Shown: positions 9,138-19,013, counted from the first letter of the stretch. The stretch is DNA of 21,460 nucleotides from Amoeboradix gromovi X-113 (GCA_018985225.1 JADGIF010000093.1:1-21460), one strand, 5' to 3'. Program-made: numbers and translations. Notes: generated by a model not told the origin, from the letters alone.

Positions 9138-9869
9138 ATGCAGGGAGAGCCAGAAAGAGATTGGTATCTGAACACTTTAGAATCAACACAACAGGAAATA
9201 TTGGAACAGCTTGATGTGATTCTTAGTTATTTTTCAAGAGACGTTAAACTGGCTATCTCTACAGAATTTGCAAGCGGATATTTAGGTATTAAAAACAATT
9301 TGGTAATGTCAGGAGAGATAGTTTTGTCCAAGAAAGGAAAGGCAAAGGTATCATTAAACAAGGAAATTCCTTACTCAATCATTCAAATTGAAAACATTAT
9401 CAAATACATAATAATGGCTGGTGATTCTTTAAGCTCTACACAGCATTTTGTAATGGCGCTTGAGCAGATTGATAAGATGAGCCGTATGATAAGAAGAACT
9501 CGGCAGCAGTTATATTTCAGAGATCCAGCCAAATCGTTTGCGGCTTCCGTCTTTAGACAGGATTCCTTTATTGAGAAAGAGCACATTGTAGATTTAAATT
9601 TAAACGAAAACAAGCTTGTTGTAAACATATACCATCTTAAAAAAGGTGCTCTTTCCAGTCAACATACGTTGGATGAATATCAGGATGTTTACAGGATATT
9701 CAAAAAAGTTATTCAGCCCCATCAAGGCCATAAGCATCTTGTGGAGATTGATGATTGCATTGAGTTTGAAGTAGATCACCCTCCTATGAAGCAAATTTTA
9801 GAGCGAATTCTCGTTGTGGAGCAACTGATTAGAGAATGTATTTATAATCTCCAATGCTTCAAGAAATAG
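9138..9869 (+). CDS. RAV2: RAVE complex subunit Rav2/ROGDI-family protein, 243 aa
   Basis: N-terminal ERDWYL...ILEQL helix, a beta region (GYLGIKNNLVMSGEIVL) and PYSIIQI..., with the length and C-terminal helix typical of the Rogdi_lz domain. Confidence 0.7.
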   Translation: MQGEPERDWYLNTLESTQQEILEQLDVILSYFSRDVKLAISTEFASGYLGIKNNLVMSGEIVLSKKGKAKVSLNKEIPYSIIQIENIIKYIIMAGDSLSSTQHFVMALEQIDKMSRMIRRTRQQLYFRDPAKSFAASVFRQDSFIEKEHIVDLNLNENKLVVNIYHLKKGALSSQHTLDEYQDVYRIFKKVIQPHQGHKHLVEIDDCIEFEVDHPPMKQILERILVVEQLIRECIYNLQCFKK

Positions 9870-9896
9870 CGAATAGTAAATGAATGAAATAAATGT

Positions 9897-10523
9897 TTAC
9901 TGTCGCAACAAATAGGCAATCAGTTCGTTACAGTCATCATCGATCGGTGTCATCGGCTGGTGTTTTCTTCTCTTATCCCCAACTATAGCTCTTATAATCC
10001 GATGAATCTTCTCCTTTGATATGTCTTTTGGAAGGTTCTTCAAAAATCCACTGCAGTTCTCCAGATGCTTACGTTTGGCGTCACTCCTTCCAGTAGTTTT
10101 TAATAGTTTGCTGCACCATTTGCAAGCCTCCCTATTACTGTGAACGTTCTTTGTATGGCGGATTACATCAGGCTTGTGTTTGAATACATTATCGCAAAGT
10201 AAGCAAATATATTGAACACCCTCGGATCCATGTACAGTGGTATAATTCTTAGGTGATTTTGGACTAGGGGAAATATTTTCGTCACTAGATATGTCCAAAT
10301 TGTGAGTTTTTAATGTTAGATTCCGGTGCTGTACTTGATGTGAGGTTTGGGTCTTTGGTTTTTCCATCACCGGGTTTAACAAATTTTCGAACGGATTTGA
10401 GGCCGGTCTTTCGTTTTGTATGTTGGCTCTTAATATCATGATCAAATTGTCTACGTTGTCTTGCGATTTCTGCTGATGATGACTCGATCGGCAGCTGTAA
10501 TATGCAGATAAAGATTGTGGCAT
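9897..10523 (-). CDS. C2H2 zinc-finger transcription factor; probable ATG at 10523, 208 aa
   Basis: Finger YICLLCDNVFKHKPDVIRHTKNVH, then a C2HC finger CKWC...RSDAKRKHLENC. The ORF-track start at 10595 is TTG; the first ATG (10523) follows a TATA box. Confidence 0.8.
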   Translation of the reverse strand: MPQSLSAYYSCRSSHHQQKSQDNVDNLIMILRANIQNERPASNPFENLLNPVMEKPKTQTSHQVQHRNLTLKTHNLDISSDENISPSPKSPKNYTTVHGSEGVQYICLLCDNVFKHKPDVIRHTKNVHSNREACKWCSKLLKTTGRSDAKRKHLENCSGFLKNLPKDISKEKIHRIIRAIVGDKRRKHQPMTPIDDDCNELIAYLLRQ

Positions 10524-10554
10524 ATAACTTGGGGTAGTGGGTGGCTCTTGTTTA

Positions 10555-10661
10555 TTTTTATATTTCCCCAAGTGACGATGGAATATGACTACCAATCAGT
10601 AGGCCGCAATGTAAATCCATGATTGGTTTCTGGTCAGCTTACTCGAATTAGATACCAATCA
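10555..10661 (-). promoter_or_regulatory. Promoter of the zinc-finger gene: TATA box plus three CCAAT boxes
   Basis: TATAAAAA on the - strand at 10562-10555. CCAATCA at 10592-10598 (+), 10620-10626 (-) and 10655-10661 (+), about 30 bp apart. Confidence 0.6.
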
Positions 10662-10824
10662 CAAGCATTTAATAAAATTGGAAATGACTTTCGGCACCAG
10701 TCCCTAGTGTACTTAATTCTCCGAAATTGCAAAATTTACGTATCCACAATTTAATTAACTGAAAAGATGGTTGGAAATCAAAATAAAAACCATTTACTAA
10801 GTCTGTTGCCTCTGTGGATTATCA

Positions 10825-12114
10825 TCATGTAAACACAAAATCTTCATCATCTTCTTTGCTATCAACTCCTTGAGATAAATCCTGAATCGGAGATGCTTGG
10901 AATATAAAATCGTCCAAATCTTTTACAACTAGGGGTGTATCCATATCTATTCCTGGTAATCTAATTATATGCCATTCTAACCTGTGCATATTCTTGCCAT
11001 AATCTTCGTCTATATCCACTATTTCCTGTATGATACTGTTATCAGTCGAATATGAGGATGACTCACTATTCAGTTGGTGATCATAAAAAGAATTTGAGCT
11101 AGAAGATTGGCTTTTAAAACCATACCTTATAACATCTCCAAGGAACGTATAAATCATCAAACTTGCAGTATTGTAAAACGGTCTAAACTCACAATGTAAT
11201 CTTGTTTTTCTACCTCCATTCTCTGGCTGCACATAACCTTCCTTATCTTTGTGTTCATCCAGTCGCGATGTTAATGATCTAGGCAGTTTAATTGAGTAAT
11301 CGCTGTAATCGTAATCTAGCGTAGATAGCAATCTAGAAAGACCCTTCATCTTTCTTTTGTTCGATTTGGGAAGGTAGGAAGTAGATGGCGCTGAACTGGA
11401 ATAAACTGATGAATTCGAAAATTCCACGCTAATCATATCGTCATCTTCCAAACTCAGCGATTGCATGGACATATCAATAGAATGTGCATCCAATTGAATG
11501 GGTATTGTGAGATCATCCTTGGGTTCAGTCAATACGAATACATGAATTGTATATTTATCACTAATTAGTCCCAAAAGTTTATCGTCGTCACTGAAACTCA
11601 TACAAAGAATATTGGCCTTCTCCAGTCCTCTTCTATACTCTTGGAAAAGCTTCCGCGTTTCTGTGTTAAATATGCGAATTATTGTGCCTTGAACTGATGT
11701 GCTAGCCAAGTATTTATTGGACAAAACTATGTAGCTGACATCATGCGAATGAGCCTGAATCATGTGTATTTGATTGCTCTTCAAATGTATAAGATAGAGC
11801 TGGCCGGTAAGATAACCGCAACATGCTAGATAATCCTTGTTTATAGCAATTAGTTCAGGATTGCTGGTTTTGTACGCATTAAGCAGTTTCGGGTGTTTGT
11901 CATTAACATATACATGTATTAAATCTTTAGAAAACAGTATGATGTAATCGTCATTGATTAAATAGCAATCCAAACCTTCTGGAAGAGTAAATATCAGCTG
12001 CTCGTTAAAATAAAGATGGTTCTCATGTAAGTTATACTGATTAAATACTATTGATTTAGGAAGTTTGTGAAGAGAGGGCCAAAGTATAGAACCATGGGCA
12101 TTTGAAAAGATCAT
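10825..12114 (-). CDS. PROPPIN WD40 phosphoinositide-binding autophagy protein (Atg18/Hsv2/WIPI family), 429 aa
   Basis: IQAHSHDV...LASTSVQGTIIRIFNT...EYRRG (the F/LRRG lipid-binding motif)...SDKYTIHVF, followed by an acidic, Ser-rich tail. Confidence 0.9.
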   Translation of the reverse strand: MIFSNAHGSILWPSLHKLPKSIVFNQYNLHENHLYFNEQLIFTLPEGLDCYLINDDYIILFSKDLIHVYVNDKHPKLLNAYKTSNPELIAINKDYLACCGYLTGQLYLIHLKSNQIHMIQAHSHDVSYIVLSNKYLASTSVQGTIIRIFNTETRKLFQEYRRGLEKANILCMSFSDDDKLLGLISDKYTIHVFVLTEPKDDLTIPIQLDAHSIDMSMQSLSLEDDDMISVEFSNSSVYSSSAPSTSYLPKSNKRKMKGLSRLLSTLDYDYSDYSIKLPRSLTSRLDEHKDKEGYVQPENGGRKTRLHCEFRPFYNTASLMIYTFLGDVIRYGFKSQSSSSNSFYDHQLNSESSSYSTDNSIIQEIVDIDEDYGKNMHRLEWHIIRLPGIDMDTPLVVKDLDDFIFQASPIQDLSQGVDSKEDDEDFVFT

Positions 12115-12269
12115 TGGATCTTGTGTTTTAGAATCATTTTTGTCAAAAATAGGATCAATTCTAATTAGCTTTTAAAAAGCAAGGCCTTTCCCGCTAATAT
12201 TATGACTACATTATATTGTATTAATCTATGGTTATTGAGACATAAAACAAGATATGCTTTATTTTATTT

Positions 12270-12569
12270 TTAAATAATTTCTAGCAATCTGGCAAGAGTC
12301 TTGTATACCTGATAATCAACACATAAAAAATCATAGAATTGCATCTCTGATTGCTCTGCTTCATGAATAGCTACATGAGATTCACATCTAATTCCGAGCC
12401 TCACATTGGATAGAGTTTCAATCGATGAGCCCAACGCGTCTATAGATAGTATCTTTGGTTCAAACTGTTTTTCTTCCCATTAGAGTTTTTCACAAAGCGC
12501 TAGCATCACTCTTCATTGGCAACCATATTTTATAGACACGCTAGTATCGCCATGAACTGTAACATTTAG
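12270..12569 (-). pseudogene. Possible decayed coding fragment (100 codons, 2 internal stops)
   Basis: Reads LNVTVHGDTSVSIKYGCQ*RVMLALCEKL*WEEKQFEPKILSIDALGSSIETLSNVRLGIRCESHVAIHEAEQSEMQFYDFLCVDYQVYKTLARLLEII*, followed by AATAAA repeats. No family recognised. Confidence 0.2.
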
Positions 12570-12673
12570 ATTGCAGCTGTTCTATCACATTAAATGGCAT
12601 AGCTCTGGTTAGGTGATGGAGTTTAATGCAAATGCAGCTTTTAGGATATAAATTCAGATGCTAAAAGTAATTT

Positions 12674-14200
12674 ATGAAACGTTTAACTCAGTCTTGTTTT
12701 GATCGCTGTTTACCCACTGCATTAGTTACCCAAGATCTTCATCATGTTGAAAAAATCGAGGTTAACCTACCTATATCCACTATCCACTTACAAAACTTAT
12801 TTTATTGCAAGCAATATCATGCCATTGCTAATTATTCACCTACTTCAGACGTGGAAGCATATATCGTAGCTTACTGCAAATACAAAATTAACAATCCTCT
12901 TAAACACGTTTTAAACTTTATTAAAGAGCAGATGATTACGAGAGATTGCGATTTTCTTAGAATGCTTTACGCTCAAATTGCTAGCGACTTACCCATTTTG
13001 ATTGATCTGCAGTCGAGTGAAGTGTCTTACACTTGGCACTACTGGTACATCTTGTCCTTGCTGGTTAATAAAATCACAGACCTTGATAGATTGAAGAATC
13101 ATCCTTGGTATCCAATTGGGTTGGCATACACCACAATAACCCGCAACATAAAAGTAAATGAATTTGAAATCTTCAACTCCTTACTAAAATCTGATTTTAC
13201 TGATATTCTCTTTTATATTTTGCAACTGATATACAACATGCCTAATACTCCTCGCCTAGTTGAAACTACAAGTCTCTCTAATAGTCCTTATCTTCCTGAT
13301 TTCGCTCATATAATTTCCAATGAATTGTCTAAATTAGATGATTTAGAAAGTACACATAGTTTAGCAATGCAATTGTCTTTGGAAGACCCATTAAATCCTA
13401 ACACCAAGGTAGCGCAAGCAGTTTATTACTCATTAAAGAACATGAATTTGAAATCTGTGGAGCTTTTGACTACTGCAATTGAAATTGATCCTTCGCCATT
13501 AGCCTTTTTATTGTTGGGGCACGAATATTTTCAATTCGGCAATTACAAAAAGGCCGTAAATTGCTATTTAAATGTTATTAAATTGAACAAGATAGACGTT
13601 CGTGGATGGGCTGCTGTCGGGGATGTTTATTTTTCAATGGGATTGTTTGAGCAAGCAATTAGGTATTACAGCGAATCAGCGCAAATCACTCAAAAGGATG
13701 GCTATATTTATATGCAGCTGGGTAATTGCTTTGAGAAACTAGAAAACCCTCAAATGTGGTACAATAGTGTGCTACGTGCTTGGGAGTTGCAATCTTCGTC
13801 TACTACAACATTAGCACTTTACAAATCAGCGAAAGCATATGGACTGGACCCTGTAAAAGTATTTCAAATTTTAAAGAATGCATTCAATCAAGATTCTACC
13901 TCGCTTGACTTCAGTTTATTGGAGGAACTAATAGAGTACTGCATATATTACAAAGAATTAGAGTTTGGTACAGTAGTATATAAAGTAGCCAAACAACAAG
14001 CTGGGTGGATAAATCAATCAAAACTGAATGAAATACAAAGCAAGTTAGAATCGAAGCCAGTCACAAGATCATTTGATAACTCGTCAATAAGAAATGCAGT
14101 GCCCAGTGCTTATTCTGACAATAATCATTCAAGTGCATGTGATGAGACACCAACAAGAAACAACAGACAAGAGTTTGGATACTACGAGTTGGGAAGATAA
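12674..14200 (+). CDS. CDC23: Anaphase-promoting complex TPR subunit Cdc23/APC8, divergent, about 508 aa
   Basis: The TPR block LLGHEYFQFGNYKKAVNCY...DVRGWAAVGDVY...YY...D...LGNCFEKL matches Cdc23 LMGHEY...DYRAWYGLGQTY...LGECYEKL. N-terminal C..RCL motif. Confidence 0.85.
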   Translation: MKRLTQSCFDRCLPTALVTQDLHHVEKIEVNLPISTIHLQNLFYCKQYHAIANYSPTSDVEAYIVAYCKYKINNPLKHVLNFIKEQMITRDCDFLRMLYAQIASDLPILIDLQSSEVSYTWHYWYILSLLVNKITDLDRLKNHPWYPIGLAYTTITRNIKVNEFEIFNSLLKSDFTDILFYILQLIYNMPNTPRLVETTSLSNSPYLPDFAHIISNELSKLDDLESTHSLAMQLSLEDPLNPNTKVAQAVYYSLKNMNLKSVELLTTAIEIDPSPLAFLLLGHEYFQFGNYKKAVNCYLNVIKLNKIDVRGWAAVGDVYFSMGLFEQAIRYYSESAQITQKDGYIYMQLGNCFEKLENPQMWYNSVLRAWELQSSSTTTLALYKSAKAYGLDPVKVFQILKNAFNQDSTSLDFSLLEELIEYCIYYKELEFGTVVYKVAKQQAGWINQSKLNEIQSKLESKPVTRSFDNSSIRNAVPSAYSDNNHSSACDETPTRNNRQEFGYYELGR

Positions 14201-14219
14201 TAAATTTACTACCAAATAG

Positions 14220-14414
14220 TCATTGAATTTCCTTTGTATTTTTGACCGAGTTTGATTTTTTGAATAGCTTTCTAGCAGGAAATTGGGGATTGTTATTCCT
14301 CCTATAGAAATACAAAGCAGCAGAAATACCGGCAAAGCCACCGATACCCAATATGATGTAGAGTGCTAATTCCTCTTGGGTCATAATGTAAGTATAAGAA
14401 GCATCTTGAGACAT
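14220..14414 (-). CDS. Small single-pass membrane protein, about 64 aa, unknown function
   Basis: ATG at 14414. One hydrophobic helix (LALYIILGIGGFAGISAALYFY) is followed by RR and a basic tail (positive-inside pattern). The ORF fills the gap between CDC23 and VPS28. Confidence 0.55.
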   Translation of the reverse strand: MSQDASYTYIMTQEELALYIILGIGGFAGISAALYFYRRNNNPQFPARKLFKKSNSVKNTKEIQ

Positions 14415-14442
14415 GGGTTTCAAGCAGATATTTATTTTTAGA

Positions 14443-14979
14443 TTACAATTGATGCACGAATAGAGAATAAGCGCTTTCTAAATCAAACACGAACTGTCTT
14501 ATTTGTTCATCATTTAAACTATCACTGGCTTTCTTTGTTGAAAAGAGAGAGTACCATTCAATTAATTTAGGGTAGTTACGATCTAGCTTCTTAGATCCGG
14601 TAACAACATCAGATAGCAGAGGGGATAATTGGTCAATAGATGTCATCCCAAGTTTGCAAGCATCCATCAGAGTTATAAAAGATTGGACTATCTCGGCAAC
14701 CATCTTAGAAGATGAGCTGGGTATTTGTGATGCGACACCTTCGTTGATACGCTGTTTTGCTGCTCCAAAATTGAGATCATATTTGGTATAGTATTCATTA
14801 AAATCCATGTCAATTAAATTTATAGCAGTTCTAAATTGAGAAATTAGTTTTGGACACCACGTATCGTATTCTTCTTGACTAAGAGAATCTCTTATAAAAG
14901 CTTTTTCTATGTAATCCAACCTTAATAACAAACTGTATATATCAGCATGTAGCTCAAGTTCTTTCTTAGCATTCTTCAT
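14443..14979 (-). CDS. VPS28: ESCRT-I subunit Vps28, 178 aa
   Basis: ADIYSLL..LDYIEKAFIRD, EY...C.KLISQF, AEIVQSFITLMDACKL, DQLSPLLSD and QIRQFVFDLESAY. Confidence 0.95.
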   Translation of the reverse strand: MKNAKKELELHADIYSLLLRLDYIEKAFIRDSLSQEEYDTWCPKLISQFRTAINLIDMDFNEYYTKYDLNFGAAKQRINEGVASQIPSSSSKMVAEIVQSFITLMDACKLGMTSIDQLSPLLSDVVTGSKKLDRNYPKLIEWYSLFSTKKASDSLNDEQIRQFVFDLESAYSLFVHQL

Positions 14980-15098
14980 GTATCAAGAATTGCCCCGATT
15001 GATATCAAATGACATTTTGACCTCAATATTCAAGCAATCGGCACATCTCAATAATGTCAATGTACATATTGTCTCCCTGTGGTTGATGGACAGATGAA

Positions 15099-15366
15099 TG
15101 CATCTATAAAAATAGAACAAGTTGCAATAAGTTATTGCAGCGCTTACAAGAAACCTGAGTAGCAAGAAATAAATTTTATGCAACAATCCCTAAGCACACC
15201 CATTATGTGTATCAATCAAGACTTCCATTCAATGTGATTGAGTCAGCTGATGATTGCTGTCTCATGACATCATATAATCGTTGCTATAACGTCTAGTTAT
15301 TTCCAAAAAGAGTTTTCATCGATACAGTGATTACGCTTCGTAGCCTGTTCTATTTTTATAGATGCA
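15099..15366. mobile_element. MITE-like element, 268 bp, with perfect 21-bp terminal inverted repeats
   Basis: TGCATCTATAAAAATAGAACA (15099-15119) is the exact reverse complement of TGTTCTATTTTTATAGATGCA (15346-15366). No credible gene in the interior. Confidence 0.7.
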
Positions 15367-15899
15367 ACAATAAGGTACTTTAACGCACTTGATGCTTATA
15401 AGCAATAGGCTAATTTAACATTTGGGACAAGCTTCACCAAATTAAACTAAAGGAAAAGTGGATCACCGAAAAAGATAAATGAGTTACCAGTAATTCAACT
15501 CCCGCAAAAAGGTATCCAGATTGTATCAAGATGTCGTGGCAGACCAATATACTCACCGTAAATCATTATTTGTACCGGAGAACTCGGCGAACGTTGGATT
15601 AATATAATAAAGATCTGTTGATTACAAGCGCTTGGCACCTGAGACATTTGCTGTTAAAAACTTAGTCTAGATTTGCAGATTGTTCCGGCTGACCTTCAAA
15701 GCGATTTGTATCATGATTTTAAGAGACAAATAACATTAGAAAATGGAAGATAATAATTGTAAAAAAGTAGATAGTACACCTTTTGCTTAGACACTCAAAG
15801 ACCTTATTTGAAGGAGATATTGGGTCATTTTGTTATGTTTTAATGAGGGAATGACATTAATGAAAGAAAATTGGTTTGAACGAAGGACTTTTATTACTA

Positions 15900-15968
15900 A
15901 TAGTATTTCTTCCTTATGGAGCACCTCCTTTAAAGACGGCTTGGTCTAGTTTTTATATTTGGTGTCCT
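15900..15968 (-). repeat. Transposon-end repeat, inverted relative to 21393-21460
   Basis: The reverse complement of 15900-15967 aligns without gaps to 21393-21460 at 61/68 nt and begins GGACACCAAATATAAAAACTAGAC. Confidence 0.9.
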
Positions 15969-16069
15969 GCAGCTGTTTATTAAGTGATAAAAGTGTTCAA
16001 AGGAAGATGAGTACGCTTATCACAGCATTTCCAGGTAGATTACTGAAAGATGAGAACTCATGCCGTGAG

Positions 16070-17173
16070 TTAATTTTGATGCTTTTGCCATTGAAAAAAC
16101 TCACATCTTTCATTGAATGGCTTGTTACAGCAATAAAAATATCTTCCCTTGTTAATTCCCTTTTTCACAACCCTTTTTAGTGCGGAAACCTCGTTATGAT
16201 TGCAAAGCACAGGCTTACGATCAATATTGAAATGTTTCAACAAGGTTGATTGCTTCACTTTCTTGACGTTTTCTGAGAATTCTGAATCTGATTTTTTGCG
16301 GTTTTTCTGTTTAATTCCAAAGAAATCTTTCAAATTTTTACTTTTATATGAGTAATTTAGAAATTGTTGCTCTACTATCCCGTTTCTCCAGTTGCTGTCT
16401 AGTTTTGAGTCAAATATATCCAAAATGACTGGGCAATGGTCTGATCCTAGAGTTTCATCCATAATGTTACAATCTTGACATAGAGGAAGGAGGGCTGTAT
16501 TAATCAGAATATAATCAATTCTGGCTCCGCAATTGCTAGGCCTAGTGTCTAAGTACGTATTCCAGCAAGTGTATTTTACATTATCAGGATGAAAATGGCG
16601 GTATACATCTAGTAAGTCATGCTTGATTAGAAATTCAGTAAAAAATAGCCTAAGCGGTTGCTCATTAAAATTTTTCTCTGATCCCGAATAGTAGCAGTCT
16701 ATTTCACGGTGAGATATATTGAAATCCCCAACTATTATAACGTTTTTGCCCTGATATTGCAATTTCGAGACCCTTTGAGAGAGAAAATACAAAAAGTTTT
16801 CTTTAACTATGAAGCGATCGCTGTCGAACTCAGCGCTTGGTACGTATATGTTAATAAGCACAAAATTAGGGAATTCGCACTCCAAATACCGAGCCTCTTC
16901 TTTTTTTTCAAAACCCGGCAAGATATTTGTCATGGACATTGCAGAAGCTTGCTTAAAGATGAATGAGACTCCGCAATAGCCACTGGATGTCTGCGAAGAA
17001 CTCAAGTATACGTTGGATTCAGAAAAATTGAATATTTCCCTGTTAGAATTTGAAAGTTTGGTTTCTTGAAGGCAAATAATATCAACATGACTTTTCTCAA
17101 TAAATTTCCTTAAAACATCATCATTTTTTGTAATTCTTTCCAGTCCGTTTACGTTGAAGGTACACAATCTCAT
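16070..17173 (-). CDS. APN2: AP endonuclease 2 (ExoIII family with PIP-like box and GRF zinc finger), 367 aa from the first ATG
   Basis: TFNVNG, DIICLQETK, GYCGV, NIYVP, GDFNISH, YTCW, RIDYIL and GSDHCP; QSTLLKHF; zf-GRF CNH...GINKGRYFYCC...CEFFQW. Confidence 0.95.
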   Translation of the reverse strand: MRLCTFNVNGLERITKNDDVLRKFIEKSHVDIICLQETKLSNSNREIFNFSESNVYLSSSQTSSGYCGVSFIFKQASAMSMTNILPGFEKKEEARYLECEFPNFVLINIYVPSAEFDSDRFIVKENFLYFLSQRVSKLQYQGKNVIIVGDFNISHREIDCYYSGSEKNFNEQPLRLFFTEFLIKHDLLDVYRHFHPDNVKYTCWNTYLDTRPSNCGARIDYILINTALLPLCQDCNIMDETLGSDHCPVILDIFDSKLDSNWRNGIVEQQFLNYSYKSKNLKDFFGIKQKNRKKSDSEFSENVKKVKQSTLLKHFNIDRKPVLCNHNEVSALKRVVKKGINKGRYFYCCNKPFNERCEFFQWQKHQN

Positions 17174-17266
17174 ATTTGACTTGAAACCTTTGATGAACAA
17201 AGAAAGTTTTGACGTTTCTCCTCTTGAATGCCAAGTTAAATTAAAAAACAGTTTAAACAGAGATTT

Positions 17267-18535
17267 TTATTCTTCGAATTCTTCATAATTTTCAAGAATA
17301 AATGCCTGACTAAACTTATCGCCTTCACCAATCGTAAAGATCAACCCAACTAGTTTAACCTGTTTTCCACTTCCCACAGCTGTGCAAGTCAGTGGAGTTC
17401 CATCAGATAGATGAGCTTTGCTTCTTTTCATGAACAAACCACCCGGAATACCTGTATTAGGCTGTTTAATTTCGTACAACGCAAATGTATTATCAAATGG
17501 ATAAAAAGTCAATGCAAACTTTCTATCTTCATATCCAACATGGTCTGAATAAGCAGAAAATTTCAGTACGTCTGCCTCATATTTTCTGTTATGGTAAAAC
17601 AATGATGCTTGGTACTCATGGTTTACACTTTCAGAAGTTTCTACAGCTTCTGCCGAAATTGAAATTGGTATCATTTCGATGCTTAGCTTTGAAATAAAAA
17701 ATTTTGATGTGAACTCGTCACAGTCATATATTAAAATTTCTCGGCAATAAATTGTAACGAACTTTCCAATTTCGAATTCACTAGGTTGAAAGTATTTCCC
17801 ACTTGGATGAGTTAATTTCGATCGGTTCAAGAATGACTTGGAATGATTTCTGTCTCCTTGAGCGCACTCGTGCACTTCTATAGAGTTATCTGTCAAGTAA
17901 TACAATACCACTAAATAATGCTTTTCACCAAACATGTTTTTAGAATCATCCCACAGCCCAAAAAATCGCAAAACCTGTTTGTCATATTCAATAAACTGCT
18001 TCAATGGGAATGATTTTACCACTTCATAATTAGTCTTTTGAGTTATTTTCTCAGTCAAAGGTATTCGGAGATTCATTCCTAAATCATATCCATGTTTCTT
18101 TAAATATGCTCTCCCATGATCCTCCATCTGCAACAGCTTGTAGGCCTTCCCATAAACCTTGACAATAGTACCCAACTGCATCTCAAATATTTCAAGATGA
18201 TCATCCCTGTTTTTCATTGCAGTTACTCTATCTAGAATTGCAGTTTTTTTCATAACAACTTTTATAGTTTCGTCCTCTAGAAAGTATGATATAGTGCATA
18301 ATTCACCACTGCTAACATCTTGCGCGATGAAATGGCAGATCATCTTGTCAAGCTGGGCTGTTTTGAATATGGACTGAATCTTTGATTTTGCCTCTTGATT
18401 AACTATATCTACAGTTCTACTTCCTAGCTTGACATCACAGTGGTGCTTCTTTTTAAAGTCTTGAGACTGGTTCAAATTGATCTGATTTCCTGGCAAGAAT
18501 GGTAGACCATGTGTATTCAAAGATTCGTGTGGCAT
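17267..18535 (-). CDS. EFHC1: EFHC1/Rib72-family axonemal microtubule inner protein with three DM10 domains and no EF-hand tail, 422 aa
   Basis: N-terminal HGLPFLPG as in EFHC1. DM10 repeats: YFLEDETIKV; YDKQVLRFFGLWDD...YYLTDNSIEVHE...IYDCDEFT; VLKFSA...RKFALTFYPFDNTFALYE...NTGIPGGLF. Confidence 0.9.
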   Translation of the reverse strand: MPHESLNTHGLPFLPGNQINLNQSQDFKKKHHCDVKLGSRTVDIVNQEAKSKIQSIFKTAQLDKMICHFIAQDVSSGELCTISYFLEDETIKVVMKKTAILDRVTAMKNRDDHLEIFEMQLGTIVKVYGKAYKLLQMEDHGRAYLKKHGYDLGMNLRIPLTEKITQKTNYEVVKSFPLKQFIEYDKQVLRFFGLWDDSKNMFGEKHYLVVLYYLTDNSIEVHECAQGDRNHSKSFLNRSKLTHPSGKYFQPSEFEIGKFVTIYCREILIYDCDEFTSKFFISKLSIEMIPISISAEAVETSESVNHEYQASLFYHNRKYEADVLKFSAYSDHVGYEDRKFALTFYPFDNTFALYEIKQPNTGIPGGLFMKRSKAHLSDGTPLTCTAVGSGKQVKLVGLIFTIGEGDKFSQAFILENYEEFEE

Positions 18536-19013
18536 GATTCTTGGCCTTACTAAAGTCCAAGTATCCTAGAAATTCCACCAAAACCCTAAAAATTCCAATT
18601 GATTAAGTTCCACTCTCCTGTGGCGAGACTGAATAAGCATGCATATTCTCACAATATGCTTGTGAATGCAGAGTAAATGCATCCTAACTGGTGGTCCACA
18701 GGTTTCCTCACTTTTGGCATGGTTGGCTAGTAAAGCTCTATTAGGATTGTCAGTACCTTTCCAGCTATTTATCTTAAATGAGAAACCAGATTATCCTATT
18801 TTTGTTCAAATCAGAAAATTGTAATTTAGGACTATTTGACGGACTAGAGCCATTTAATAACGATAAACCATTCGCTGACTTAAAATCCATTACTTTGAAA
18901 TATAAAAATTATAGCCTCTTAAGATTACAAATTGTACTAAAGAGTCACGTAGTCAGTTTATCTTTACTAACCCCAAATATGTGCAAACTTAGGCAGCGGT
19001 TTCAATGAACATT

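Noticed and set aside
14961-15186. In-frame upstream extension of VPS28 (LNIEVKMSFDINRGNS*YMKNAK), suggesting TGA read-through or a 33-nt GC-AG intron (14993-14961)
   Set aside because: The ATG at 14979 already gives a plausible N-terminus (KNA as in human YKNARE), the GC donor is weak, and the upstream ORF runs into the MITE. It cannot be supported without RNA data.
12574-15250. ~24-bp gapped similarity between the MITE interior (ccattcaatgtgattgagtcagctg) and the reverse complement near 12574-12597
   Set aside because: It is short, mismatched and does not extend convincingly.
4549-17697. Other overlapping short ORFs (4549-4941, 4591-4776, 6154-6384, 6461-6766, 8613-8879, 9383-9794, 14129-14341, 15959-16180, 16709-16966, 17485-17697)
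   Set aside because: They overlap better-supported genes or the transposase remnant, and many start at TTG or GTG.
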